DNA from: Candidatus Hadarchaeota archaeon
GTDB taxonomy: Archaea; Hadarchaeota; Hadarchaeia; Hadarchaeales; Hadarchaeaceae
Reading direction: 5' to 3'
Length of the DNA: 19,766 nt
Assembly (NCBI GenBank): GCA_040755315.1
Contig: JBFMBF010000021.1
Span: 1 to 19,766, forward strand
In this document: one piece after another, positions 8,982 through 16,947 of the stretch
How the letters are laid out: each line of letters opens with the position of its first letter
How positions within the stretch are numbered: the first letter of the stretch is position 1
Made by a program: the position numbers and the translations under genes
Notes under the pieces: model-generated
What the model saw: only the letters and a program-made list of their open reading frames with translations
Told to the model about the DNA's origin: nothing
The model's database searches: none

Positions 8982-9834
8982 AGAATCCGTAAAGGCCGCC
9001 TTGAAGCCGGTCACCACAAAGCTTGAGCAGATGGAGGCCCAGGTGGCCGCCCTGTCAAGCCTCAGGGAGACCTACGACACCAGGTTCACCATGCTCAGCG
9101 AGAAAATCGGAGAGGTCAGGTCCATGATCCTCACGCAGGCCAAGGAGGGCGCCGATGCAAAGGCCAAGGCGGAGAAGGCGCTGATGGCCCTCGAGGGGGT
9201 GAAGCCTGAGGAGTTCAGGTCCGCCATTATCAAGAGGGACGCAGACGTCGAGGCCCTCAAGGTGAAGCTTTCCTCCACTGACGACATGATCAAGAACCTC
9301 ATGGCCGAGATGAGGGACTTCAGGAACGCCCTCGCACAGTTCAAGGGGCTAGAGGCCGTTATCGGGATGTCCGACGAGGCGAGGAAGAACATCATCAGAA
9401 TCCAGCAGCTCAAGGACCAGGTTGAAGTGATGTCTGACAAAGTCATGGCGGCTTTCATGGAGTTCCAGCGCAGGTTCAAGGACGTGACTGACCTTGGGCT
9501 GAAGGTCTCTACCCTTGAGGAGACTGTAAAACCATTGGGAAAGTCAGTAAACCAGATTGATGTGCTGGTGAAGCAGGCGGTCACGAAAGCCGAGATGGCA
9601 AAGCTCACGGGGGACATCGAGAGCCTGAAGAGAGTGGCCGAGGAGATAAAAACATACCACCAGCAGCTCACAGAAAGCGGCGAAGCCACACAGAAGCTGA
9701 AGGTGGAACTTGGTAAAACCTTGAAGCAGGCGGAGATAAGGAACAAGAAAGAGCTGGCCAAGATAAACGCGCAAATCAAGGTTCTGGAGAAGATAACCTC
9801 CAAGCTGCTCAAGTTGATTCTTTCACCCGGGTGA
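8959..9834 (+). CDS. Uncharacterized all-alpha coiled-coil protein (291 aa)
   Basis: Continuous heptad-like K/E/L/A-rich sequence with no TM segment. GGAGG RBS just upstream; overlaps the end of the giant ORF by 23 nt. Confidence 0.85.
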   Translation: MPKAGGDEESVKAALKPVTTKLEQMEAQVAALSSLRETYDTRFTMLSEKIGEVRSMILTQAKEGADAKAKAEKALMALEGVKPEEFRSAIIKRDADVEALKVKLSSTDDMIKNLMAEMRDFRNALAQFKGLEAVIGMSDEARKNIIRIQQLKDQVEVMSDKVMAAFMEFQRRFKDVTDLGLKVSTLEETVKPLGKSVNQIDVLVKQAVTKAEMAKLTGDIESLKRVAEEIKTYHQQLTESGEATQKLKVELGKTLKQAEIRNKKELAKINAQIKVLEKITSKLLKLILSPG

Positions 9835-9836
9835 AG

Positions 9837-9866
9837 TTTAAATACTACTACTAACTACTACTAACT
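9837..9866 (+). promoter_or_regulatory. TATA box plus 10-bp direct repeats (candidate operator) upstream of the zinc-ribbon/MinD genes
   Basis: TTTAAATA at 9837-9844; ACTACTACTA x2 (9844-9853, 9854-9863) plus ACT. The ATG at 9874 is about 30 nt downstream, consistent with a leaderless or short-leader archaeal transcript. Confidence 0.6.
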
Positions 9867-9873
9867 GGTCAGG

Positions 9874-9999
9874 ATGAAGCTTCATTGCAAGAAGTGTGGG
9901 TACAACTGGGAGTACCGAGGCAAGTCAAAATTTTACGCTACATGCCCGAGATGTCTTCGCAAAGTCAAGGTGGCGGAGCCCCCGCAAAGGAGAAAGTGA
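9874..9999 (+). CDS. 41-aa C4 zinc-ribbon microprotein (not in ORF track)
   Basis: Manual translation MKLHCKKCGYNWEYRGKSKFYATCPRCLRKVKVAEPPQRRK*. Two CxxC pairs with a CGYxWxYxG...YxTCPxC pattern typical of small archaeal Zn fingers; fits between the TATA box and the MinD ATG. Confidence 0.85.
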   Translation: MKLHCKKCGYNWEYRGKSKFYATCPRCLRKVKVAEPPQRRK

Positions 10000-10003
10000 G
10001 AGC

Positions 10004-10810
10004 ATGGTGAAGAAGAGAAGCGGACTTATCATAGGGGTCTTTTCAGCAAAGGGGGGGGTGGGCAAGACCACCACCGTCGCCAACATAGGAGCGGCCCTGG
10101 CCCAGAAGCTCAAGGACAAGGTCCTCCTCGCAGAGACCAACATGACGGCTTCAAATCTGGGCCTTCACCTTGGAATACTTGACCCGCCAATAGTCGTGCA
10201 AGATGTGGTGTACGGTCGGGTCAAGGTATCGGACGCCATCATAAAGACTGAATACGGGATACATGTCCTGCCGGGCTCTGTGGCCTTCACCGAGGAAGTC
10301 GGGTCGATAGACCTGAGTGCGATAATCTCTGAACTCAAGAAGAAGTACCAAGTGATAATCTTGGACACCGCCCCTGGCTTTGCCCCCGAGGTCTACGCCG
10401 GAATGAAGGTCTGCGACGAGATACTCGTGTGCTGCCAGCCGCAGGTCCCTGCCATAGCTGGGACGCTGCAGACTTTCAGGGCTGCCGACAAGCTGAAGAT
10501 ACCCACGTTCGGGGTCGTGCTTACGAGGATCACAAAGAAAAGGTACGAGATCTCGCTGTCTGACATCAGAAGGACTCTGGGGTGGCCCACCCTGGTCGAG
10601 GTGCCTGAAGACGACATGGTGCCCGAAAGCATAACCAGAGGGATGCCGGTGGTGCTCTACGCGCCCAACGCTCCAGCCGCAGTAGAATACAGGAAGCTGG
10701 CCCAGATGATCCTTTCACACATCAAGGGGCGCAAGCGAGTGAAGCCGACCCGCAGGAAAACCGTGAAGAGGCGAGCGAAGCCTGTAAAAGCAAAGAGGAG
10801 AAGGAGGTAA
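10004..10810 (+). CDS. minD: MinD/ParA-family (SIMIBI) ATPase
   Basis: Deviant Walker A KGGVGKTT, IILDTAPG switch II and a C-terminal PEDxxV...GxPVVxYxPxxPAA motif of archaeal MinD. Start moved to ATG 10004 (MVKKRSG) after a GGAG motif. Confidence 0.88.
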   Translation: MVKKRSGLIIGVFSAKGGVGKTTTVANIGAALAQKLKDKVLLAETNMTASNLGLHLGILDPPIVVQDVVYGRVKVSDAIIKTEYGIHVLPGSVAFTEEVGSIDLSAIISELKKKYQVIILDTAPGFAPEVYAGMKVCDEILVCCQPQVPAIAGTLQTFRAADKLKIPTFGVVLTRITKKRYEISLSDIRRTLGWPTLVEVPEDDMVPESITRGMPVVLYAPNAPAAVEYRKLAQMILSHIKGRKRVKPTRRKTVKRRAKPVKAKRRRR

Positions 10811-10813
10811 AAC

Positions 10814-11362
10814 ATGGCGCTTGTGCACCTGCCGCCGATGGCCAGGTTCTTCATGCCGATGCCAGAGGATCGCATCAAGAAGAAGGCAAAGTATAATCTT
10901 GGGGAAAAGTACCTGGTGGTGGAGAGCTCGCCGAAGTTATCCGTTGAAATATTCAAGGAAATTACAACCCACGGCGTGCCGGGCATCTGGTTGACAAGCC
11001 ACGACCCGAAAAGCGTGGAGCTTGGGTTTGGCCTTAGCAAGACTGCGATCCTTTCCCTCACCGATAAAAAACTGCCTGGAGAGGCCACCCTGCCGCCCGA
11101 CAGGCTGGACAGGGCTGTGGACATAGTGGCTAACTACCTCAGCAGGACCGGGCTGGCCGTGGCGCTGATAGACAACTTCTCAGACCTAGCGCGGGTGAAT
11201 GGAATCTCCAAGGTCCTTGACTTCATAAAAAAGATGGAAGACACCTGCGCAAAGAACGACTACGCTCTGATAGTGGTGCTTGACCCCGCTGCATTTGCGG
11301 AAGCCCAGGTCAATGTTCTCATTGAAGGATTCAGGGACTGGCGGATTTTCAAACAGGTGTAA
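10814..11362 (+). CDS. DUF835-like (degenerate RecA/KaiC-fold) protein
   Basis: YLVVESSPKLSVEIF..GIWLTSHDP..AILSLT..VALIDNFSDLARVNG..FIKKMED..LIVVLDPAAF matches the DUF835 pattern from memory; no Walker A. GGAGGT RBS upstream. Confidence 0.7.
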   Translation: MALVHLPPMARFFMPMPEDRIKKKAKYNLGEKYLVVESSPKLSVEIFKEITTHGVPGIWLTSHDPKSVELGFGLSKTAILSLTDKKLPGEATLPPDRLDRAVDIVANYLSRTGLAVALIDNFSDLARVNGISKVLDFIKKMEDTCAKNDYALIVVLDPAAFAEAQVNVLIEGFRDWRIFKQV

Positions 11363-11615
11363 CGGGCCGTTTCGCGACTTCGATGTGCCCGAGTTCTTTG
11401 CCTGTTTCCAGCAGGGCCCAGGCCCATATCAGGCACTCGAAGCTCTTCACAATGTCGTTTTTCTCGAAGAAATGCCGCGAGTCCTTTCCGTACGCCCTTA
11501 TGTTGGTCAACAGCTTATCGCCTCGCGCGTCCGCTGGCTTTGCCCCAGGAAGCGCGGAATCTAACTTTGCCGTCCACTTTTTTATCTCACCTTTGAGTTC
11601 ATCTTCCAATTTCAT
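11349..11615 (-). CDS. DUF357 family protein
   Basis: NIRAYGKDSRHFFEKNDIVKSFECLIWAWALLETG is DUF357-like; this family commonly lies next to dph5. Start taken at MKLEDEL, overlapping the dph5 end. Confidence 0.8.
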   Translation of the reverse strand: MKLEDELKGEIKKWTAKLDSALPGAKPADARGDKLLTNIRAYGKDSRHFFEKNDIVKSFECLIWAWALLETGKELGHIEVAKRPVTPV

Positions 11616-12390
11616 CGAGCGCCTCCTTCGGTGCCCCAGCGAATGCTTTGAGGGCTTCTGCCTCCATGAAGTGGAGTCTGCCCGGGACAATTAGGACATA
11701 GGGTGGGGGGCCAAAATCTCGTCCGACTAGGTTCCCCGCGAGGTCGGCGGCCACCAGGCAGTCGTCCTCTCCAGCCCTGGCCACCACGACCACCAGCCGT
11801 CTCTCCGTGAAGGTTTTTTCATTTTTCACCTTCTCAAGATTCAACATGACTTTGATGGCCTCCCCCGCGGTCATCGCTCGGCCCTCCTCGGCGCGGATGT
11901 CCAGCAGCAGCAGCGTGTGGAGCCCACGGGCAAGGTTTTCCACAAGGATTTCGTATGGCCTCGCGGAAGGGTTGTCCTGGAACGGCACAGTCGCGGATGG
12001 GCCGAACTTGTAGCTCTGGAGGCCAGCCAGCCCCGGGGCGGCGGATGCTATCGATGCCGCGTGAATCACCTTTGTACCGATGCCGGCCTTAGCGGCGCGG
12101 AGGCGGAGGTCCACGTGTGTTGTGGCCACCATCGGCTCCCCCGGCACGAGAAACACCAATTTCCCACGCCTTGCAGCGTCTAAAATTTCATCCGGATTTT
12201 CTTCGACCACCTTCCTGCTCACCACCTTTATCGACCTTCCGACCTCCCGCTCCAGCGCGGCTGCATCAATCCCCGGAATCAAGCTTGTGTAGAGCTCGGC
12301 GTAGACTGCATCCGCTTCCCGCGCCTCCCGCAGCCCTTGAAGGGGAATCCCGCCGACGCCCAGACCTATTCCGACAAAGACCAACATCAT
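11599..12390 (-). CDS. dph5: Diphthine synthase
   Basis: LVFVGIGL, ADAVYAELYTS, GEPMVATTHVDLRLRA, GLQSYKFG, GLHTLLLLDI, FGPPPYVLIVPGRLHFMEAEAL. Confidence 0.96.
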   Translation of the reverse strand: MMLVFVGIGLGVGGIPLQGLREAREADAVYAELYTSLIPGIDAAALEREVGRSIKVVSRKVVEENPDEILDAARRGKLVFLVPGEPMVATTHVDLRLRAAKAGIGTKVIHAASIASAAPGLAGLQSYKFGPSATVPFQDNPSARPYEILVENLARGLHTLLLLDIRAEEGRAMTAGEAIKVMLNLEKVKNEKTFTERRLVVVVARAGEDDCLVAADLAGNLVGRDFGPPPYVLIVPGRLHFMEAEALKAFAGAPKEALDEIGR

Positions 12391-12396
12391 TGCTTC

Positions 12397-12404
12397 TTAT
12401 AAAT
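12397..12404 (+). promoter_or_regulatory. TATA box of tRNA-Lys
   Basis: TTATAAAT about 20-26 nt upstream of the GGGCCC leader and tRNA start. Confidence 0.55.
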
Positions 12405-12429
12405 CGTCACATAAGGGGTTAATGGGCCC

Positions 12430-12551
12430 GGGCCCGTGAATGGGTTAAAACCCCATCGGGAAGCTCAGTCTGGTTAGAGCGGCCGGCTCTTAACAGCCCA
12501 GCTGGGAGCCAAACCGGCAGATCGAGGGTTCGAATCCCTCCGGGCCCGCCA
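12430..12551 (+). tRNA. tRNA-Lys(CTT) with two introns (9/10: 12439-12462; 37/38: 12493-12512)
   Basis: Spliced product GGGCCCG-TG-GCTC-AGTCTGGTTA-GAGC-G-GCCGG-CTCTTAA-CCGGC-AGATC-GAGGG-TTCGAAT-CCCTC-CGGGCCC-G-CCA is a complete cloverleaf with encoded CCA. Confidence 0.9.
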
Positions 12552-12574
12552 CTTGTAAAAAATAATAAACGCAG

Positions 12575-12721
12575 TTACGCCCGCGGCTCCTTTGACTTTG
12601 GCCTGAGTCCGCTGTAGCCGCACTTCCTGCATCTAGTCGCCCTTATCGGGTTTTTAACGTTGCATCTCATGCATACCTTTACGTTAAACAGGCGCTTTTC
12701 AGCAACTTCAAATTTCGCCAT
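12575..12721 (-). CDS. rpl40e: 50S ribosomal protein L40e
   Basis: [45 protein letters not shown]; start at ATG 12721 after GGAGG. Confidence 0.96.
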   Translation of the reverse strand: MAKFEVAEKRLFNVKVCMRCNVKNPIRATRCRKCGYSGLRPKSKEPRA

Positions 12722-12725
12722 CTTC

Positions 12726-13607
12726 TCATTTCCTCCTGCGGATTTCTGCAAATACATCTGGCAGCTTGGCAATTAAATCCGACGCCAGGAACTCGTAGCC
12801 CTTCTCCTTGAGGCAGAGGTCACCTGCCCTGCCGTTGATCCAAGCGCCGGCTGCGGCTGCCTTGAAAGGATTGGCCCCTTGGGACAGGAATGCCCCGACG
12901 ATTCCCGCCAGCACGTCACCAGTACCGCCAACTGTCATCCCAGGGTTGCCCGTGGAGTTCAGCTTCGCCTCCCCGGACGCCGACGCTATTATGTCTATTT
13001 GTCCCTTCAACAGAATAACGCAACCGAGCTCCCGCGCAGCAGATTTTGCTGCCTTGATGCGATTCTGAAGGTCGGACGACAATTTTGAGCCTGTCAATGT
13101 TTTGAACTCTCCAGGGTGAGGGGTCAGCACCCACGGCATCCCTTCCGTAAGCCCGCGCCCAGCTGCCAGGGCCGTCAGCCCATCGGCGTCGAAAAGTGCC
13201 GGAAGTTTGGGGTGTTTTTTCTTCATTGCCGCTGCCATGCCCAACACGGCTTTTCGGGTCTTCTCAAGGACGCCAAGTCCAGGCCCGACCACGACCGCCG
13301 TCGACCGCTCAAGCTCCTTCACCAGCCCTGAGACCTCCCGCGGGCCCAAGTCCCCACACGGAAGCTTAATCGTTATCAAGTCGGGGGAAATGGAGTTGAT
13401 GGCCCAAGCGACTTTCTCGGGCGCTGCAATCGTCGCGAGGTCGACGCCTGACCTGAGGGCCGCCAGCCCCACCAGAGTCGGCGCCCCAACATAGCGGGAG
13501 CTCCCTCCGACCACCAGAAGTCTACCGTGGTCGCCCTTGTGAGAATCCAGCCTCCGCTTGGGCAGCACCTCGAAAGCATCCCGCCTGCCCACATAACTTG
13601 CAGCCAT
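12726..13607 (-). CDS. nnrD: ADP/ATP-dependent NAD(P)H-hydrate dehydratase (YjeF C-terminal domain only)
   Basis: [53 protein letters not shown]. Confidence 0.93.
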   Translation of the reverse strand: MAASYVGRRDAFEVLPKRRLDSHKGDHGRLLVVGGSSRYVGAPTLVGLAALRSGVDLATIAAPEKVAWAINSISPDLITIKLPCGDLGPREVSGLVKELERSTAVVVGPGLGVLEKTRKAVLGMAAAMKKKHPKLPALFDADGLTALAAGRGLTEGMPWVLTPHPGEFKTLTGSKLSSDLQNRIKAAKSAARELGCVILLKGQIDIIASASGEAKLNSTGNPGMTVGGTGDVLAGIVGAFLSQGANPFKAAAAGAWINGRAGDLCLKEKGYEFLASDLIAKLPDVFAEIRRRK

Positions 13608-13718
13608 GCTACTCCAGATGGAATAATCCCGGGATGTTTATTTAGACTATGCTGTGCGCCCTACAGGTGACCACTATAAACTTAAAACTGCCCCGCGCAG
13701 TATGCTGTAAGGGATGAA

Positions 13719-15074
13719 ATGCCAAAACCAAGCTGGGTCAAGCACGGGCCCCGGGTGATAAATCCTGTCCCTGGCCCGATGGCGAAAAAGCTCGTGACGA
13801 GGGACGAACGAGTGATGTCACCCTCGTACACCAGGTCTGAGCCGATAGTGGCGACTGAGGGTTGGGGCGCCTATGTCAGGGATGTGGACGGCAACGTCTT
13901 CCTCGACCTCTCTTCCGGAATGTTCGTCCTCAACTACGGCTATTCCCATCCCCGTCTGGTCAATGCTGTCAAACAGCAGGCCACTAAACTCACCCACTTC
14001 GCTGGAACGGACTTTTACTACGAGGCCCAGGTCAAGCTCGCCGAGATGCTGGTGGATCTGGCGCCAGGGAAGTTTCCAAAGAGGGTCTACTTCGGGAATT
14101 CCGGCGCCGAGGCGGTTGAGGCCGCCTTCAAGTGCGCCCGGTGGCACAGCCGACGCCCGAGGATGATATCTTTCACGGGGGCGTTCCACGGAAGGACATT
14201 CGGGGCTATGAGCCTTTCAGCTACAAATGTACTCCACCACAGATACTTCTTCCCGCTCGTCCCAGGGGTGAGCTTCATGCCGTACCCATACTGCTACCGC
14301 TGCCCGTTCAGCCAGGAGCACCCGGGCTGCGACTTTCTCTGCATAGAGTTCATACGAGACTACATCAAAAAAGTCATCCCGCCTGAAGAGGTCGCCGCGG
14401 TTATAACTGAGCCAATCCAGGGAAGCTCAGGGTACATCGTCCCGCCTCCCGAATTTTATCCCATGCTGAAGGAGCTGGCCGACGAGCACGGGTGGCTCCT
14501 GATAGCCGACGAGGTTCAGACAGGGCTTGGGCGCACGGGGAGGAACTTCGCTATGGAACACTGGGGAGTGGTCCCGGACATGATCTGCGTTGCGAAGGCT
14601 CTCTCTGGAGGCATGGCCCCGATAGGAGCAATGATATCCAACACCAAAGTCATGGACTGGGAACCAGGCGCCCACGCTTCAACATTCGGAGGCAACCTTG
14701 TGGCCTGCGCGGCAGCCATCGAGGGGCTGAAGATCCTTAAGGAACAGAACTTGGTGAAGCGCGCTGAGAAACTCGGTAGCTTTGCTCTGAAGAGGCTGAA
14801 CGAGATTGCCGAAGGGTCGAGTATAATAGGTGATGTACGCGGCAAGGGGCTCCTTCTGGCCATAGAGCTCGTGAAGGACAAAAGGACAAGGGAGACTGCG
14901 GTGGAGACTCGGGAGAAGCTCATCCGTGATACGCTCGACCGCGGCCTGATAATATTCAGGGGGGGGCGCTCTGTGATCAGGATTGCGCCGCCGCTAGTCT
15001 CGACTAGGCTTGAGCTTCAGCTTGGGTTGGACATCCTTGAAAAGTCTCTCAAAGAAATTGAGCGAAAGCTATGA
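13719..15074 (+). CDS. Class-III PLP-dependent aminotransferase (4-aminobutyrate/acetylornithine/ornithine aminotransferase family)
   Basis: NSGAEAVEAA, FHGRT, EPIQG, DEVQTGLGRTG, PDMICVAKALSGG (PLP lysine), STFGGN. Confidence 0.92.
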   Translation: MPKPSWVKHGPRVINPVPGPMAKKLVTRDERVMSPSYTRSEPIVATEGWGAYVRDVDGNVFLDLSSGMFVLNYGYSHPRLVNAVKQQATKLTHFAGTDFYYEAQVKLAEMLVDLAPGKFPKRVYFGNSGAEAVEAAFKCARWHSRRPRMISFTGAFHGRTFGAMSLSATNVLHHRYFFPLVPGVSFMPYPYCYRCPFSQEHPGCDFLCIEFIRDYIKKVIPPEEVAAVITEPIQGSSGYIVPPPEFYPMLKELADEHGWLLIADEVQTGLGRTGRNFAMEHWGVVPDMICVAKALSGGMAPIGAMISNTKVMDWEPGAHASTFGGNLVACAAAIEGLKILKEQNLVKRAEKLGSFALKRLNEIAEGSSIIGDVRGKGLLLAIELVKDKRTRETAVETREKLIRDTLDRGLIIFRGGRSVIRIAPPLVSTRLELQLGLDILEKSLKEIERKL

Positions 15075-15111
15075 TTCTGCAGGAAAATAAAAATGGTTTA
15101 TCTTCGAAGAA

Positions 15112-15600
15112 TCACTTTTCTTTTTTCTGGATTACCTTTACGGTGTCGCCCCTGACGGTGACTGGGATGGGAACAGTGGCCTCGAAAAGCTCGACGGTTA
15201 TTTCTTCCTTCCCTTCGTCAATCCTTATTATCCTCGCCCTCTCCCCCCTGAACGGCCCTGACGTGACCTCGACAATATCTCCGACTCCCATCCCCTCCAC
15301 GGAAGGCTTGGGAAGTAGGAACTGCTCAAGCTGGGTTATCGGGACCTCGCCGGAGACCATCCCCTTCGCGTGCTTCACGCCGGTCCTGACCCTCTCTATG
15401 CTGGACTTGCCGCCCAATGTCTCCACAAAGACATAACCCTTAATACCGAGCGGCACAAGTATCGAGATTATCGGAAGGTTGAAGTTTTTTGTCCTAGCCG
15501 TAATCATGTCCGCCGTGCTCTTCTCCTGTCCGACCGTCGCGCGGACGGCGAACACCTTGGGCTTCTGCACCTCTTCCGGCTTTTCTATCTCTTCTGGCAC
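15112..15600 (-). CDS. spt5: Transcription elongation factor Spt5 (NusG)
   Basis: NGN domain (FAVRATVGQE, KGYVFVE) plus KOW (GDIVEVTSGPFRGERARI); GTG start after GAGGTGA. Confidence 0.96.
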   Translation of the reverse strand: MPEEIEKPEEVQKPKVFAVRATVGQEKSTADMITARTKNFNLPIISILVPLGIKGYVFVETLGGKSSIERVRTGVKHAKGMVSGEVPITQLEQFLLPKPSVEGMGVGDIVEVTSGPFRGERARIIRIDEGKEEITVELFEATVPIPVTVRGDTVKVIQKKEK

Positions 15601-15609
15601 GCTATCACC

Positions 15610-15777
15610 TCAGACCGTCACACCAAGGTAAAACGCCACAAGCATCACTGCAAAACCGAGGAACCCGATGAGAAGAATCCCTAGCCCGGTTATCTTTGCC
15701 ACTTTGAAGTACTCGTCCTCGCCTGGTTTTCTTGCTATCCTGAACATCCGTTTGCAGTTCTGTAAAAACTCCTTCAT
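15610..15777 (-). CDS. secE: Protein translocase subunit SecE/Sec61-gamma (55 aa; not in ORF track)
   Basis: Manual translation [67 protein letters not shown] motif; TGATG overlap with the ftsZ stop; conserved ftsZ-secE-spt5 order. Confidence 0.95.
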   Translation of the reverse strand: MKEFLQNCKRMFRIARKPGEDEYFKVAKITGLGILLIGFLGFAVMLVAFYLGVTV

Positions 15778-16892
15778 CAGACCAGATCCAATCCCAGGTC
15801 AACCTGCTCTTTTTTGGGAACTGGCGGCCCCACGTATGGCGAGTGCACTCCGGCGAGGACGACCAGAACCTTCACAGACCTTTTCATATCGTTTGAAAGT
15901 TGTGCCCCTGGAATAATGTTCGCGGCTGGGTCGAGCGCCTCGGAAACCTTTGCCACGATTTTGTTGTATTCTGCCGTGCTCACATCCGCGCTTATGACAT
16001 TCACGATTGCTCCTTTCGCCCCAGTGATGTCCACATCCAGAAGCGGGCTGTTCAAGGCGTTGACTGCAGCCTCCTCCGCCCTGTTGTCGGAGTCCGACTC
16101 GCCTATCCCTATGGCCGCAATTCCGCTGTTCTGGAGAACCGCACGCATATCGGCAAAGTCCAAGTTGACAAGGCCAGGTACAGTTATCAATTCAGTCACT
16201 CCTTTTATGCCGTCGTTGAGAACCTTGTCAGCAAGTTCGAACGCCTCGCTGAGGGTGAGCTTAGGAGCCAGCTTCAGTATTTTGTCGTTTGGGACAACTA
16301 TGACGCTGTCGGCCGCGGCAAGCAGCTTTTCCAGTCCCATGTCCGCGTTTTTCCTTCTCCTGCTTCCCTCAACCGTGAACGGCATTGTTACCACACCGAC
16401 CGTCAGGGCCCCCATCCTCTTGGATATTTCGGCCACGACGGGAGCGCTGCCCGTGCCCGTCCCTCCCCCAAGCCCGCAGGTTACGAAAACCATGTCTGCC
16501 CCATAGATGTGATCCTTGATGGAAGGCTCGTCCGCCCTAGCCGCGGCCTCTCCCTTTTCTGGGTCGTTGCCCGCGCCGAGCCCTCCCGTTATGTCCCGAC
16601 CAATCAGTACTTTTCTGTCAGCTGTTGTGTAAAGGAGGTCCTGAGCATCCGTGTTGACAGCTATCGTCTCCGCCCCCTTGATGCCCTCTGTGACTATTCT
16701 GGAGACGGTGTTGCAGCCAGCGCCTCCGCAGCCCACCACCATTATGTTGGCCTTTGCCTGGTTGAGTATCTGCTCGAGCTCCTCGGCTGATGTCCCCTTT
16801 GGCGGCGCCGCGGCCTTCTTGGCTACTGGGGCTATGCCAGGTTTCAATGCAAACCCTGTCTCAGGGCGAAAACCGGCTGACTGAACCTTCAT
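15777..16892 (-). CDS. ftsZ: Cell division protein FtsZ (archaeal FtsZ1-type context)
   Basis: [30 protein letters not shown] tubulin signature, NLDFAD; start at ATG 16892. Confidence 0.97.
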   Translation of the reverse strand: MKVQSAGFRPETGFALKPGIAPVAKKAAAPPKGTSAEELEQILNQAKANIMVVGCGGAGCNTVSRIVTEGIKGAETIAVNTDAQDLLYTTADRKVLIGRDITGGLGAGNDPEKGEAAARADEPSIKDHIYGADMVFVTCGLGGGTGTGSAPVVAEISKRMGALTVGVVTMPFTVEGSRRRKNADMGLEKLLAAADSVIVVPNDKILKLAPKLTLSEAFELADKVLNDGIKGVTELITVPGLVNLDFADMRAVLQNSGIAAIGIGESDSDNRAEEAAVNALNSPLLDVDITGAKGAIVNVISADVSTAEYNKIVAKVSEALDPAANIIPGAQLSNDMKRSVKVLVVLAGVHSPYVGPPVPKKEQVDLGLDLV

Positions 16893-16947
16893 GAGCTTCG
16901 CCTTTTCTTTACCAAGCCTCAATTTAAGTCTTTTTTATCCAGACCTA

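Noticed and set aside
140..9812. Long antisense ORFs (e.g. 2460-3308, 4812-5657, 9072-9812)
   Set aside because: They mirror the codon bias of the sense genes and show no recognizable motifs.
9896..10003. N-terminal extension of MinD given by the ORF track
   Set aside because: It overlaps the better-supported zinc-ribbon ORF in another frame; MinD similarity begins at ATG 10004.
12437..12462. Alternative intron placement at 8/9 giving U8-A9
   Set aside because: It also yields a cloverleaf but does not fit BHB cleavage geometry; 9/10 fits both bulges exactly.
15605..15802. 65-aa minus-strand ORF in the track
   Set aside because: Wrong frame; the real gene is secE at 15610-15777.
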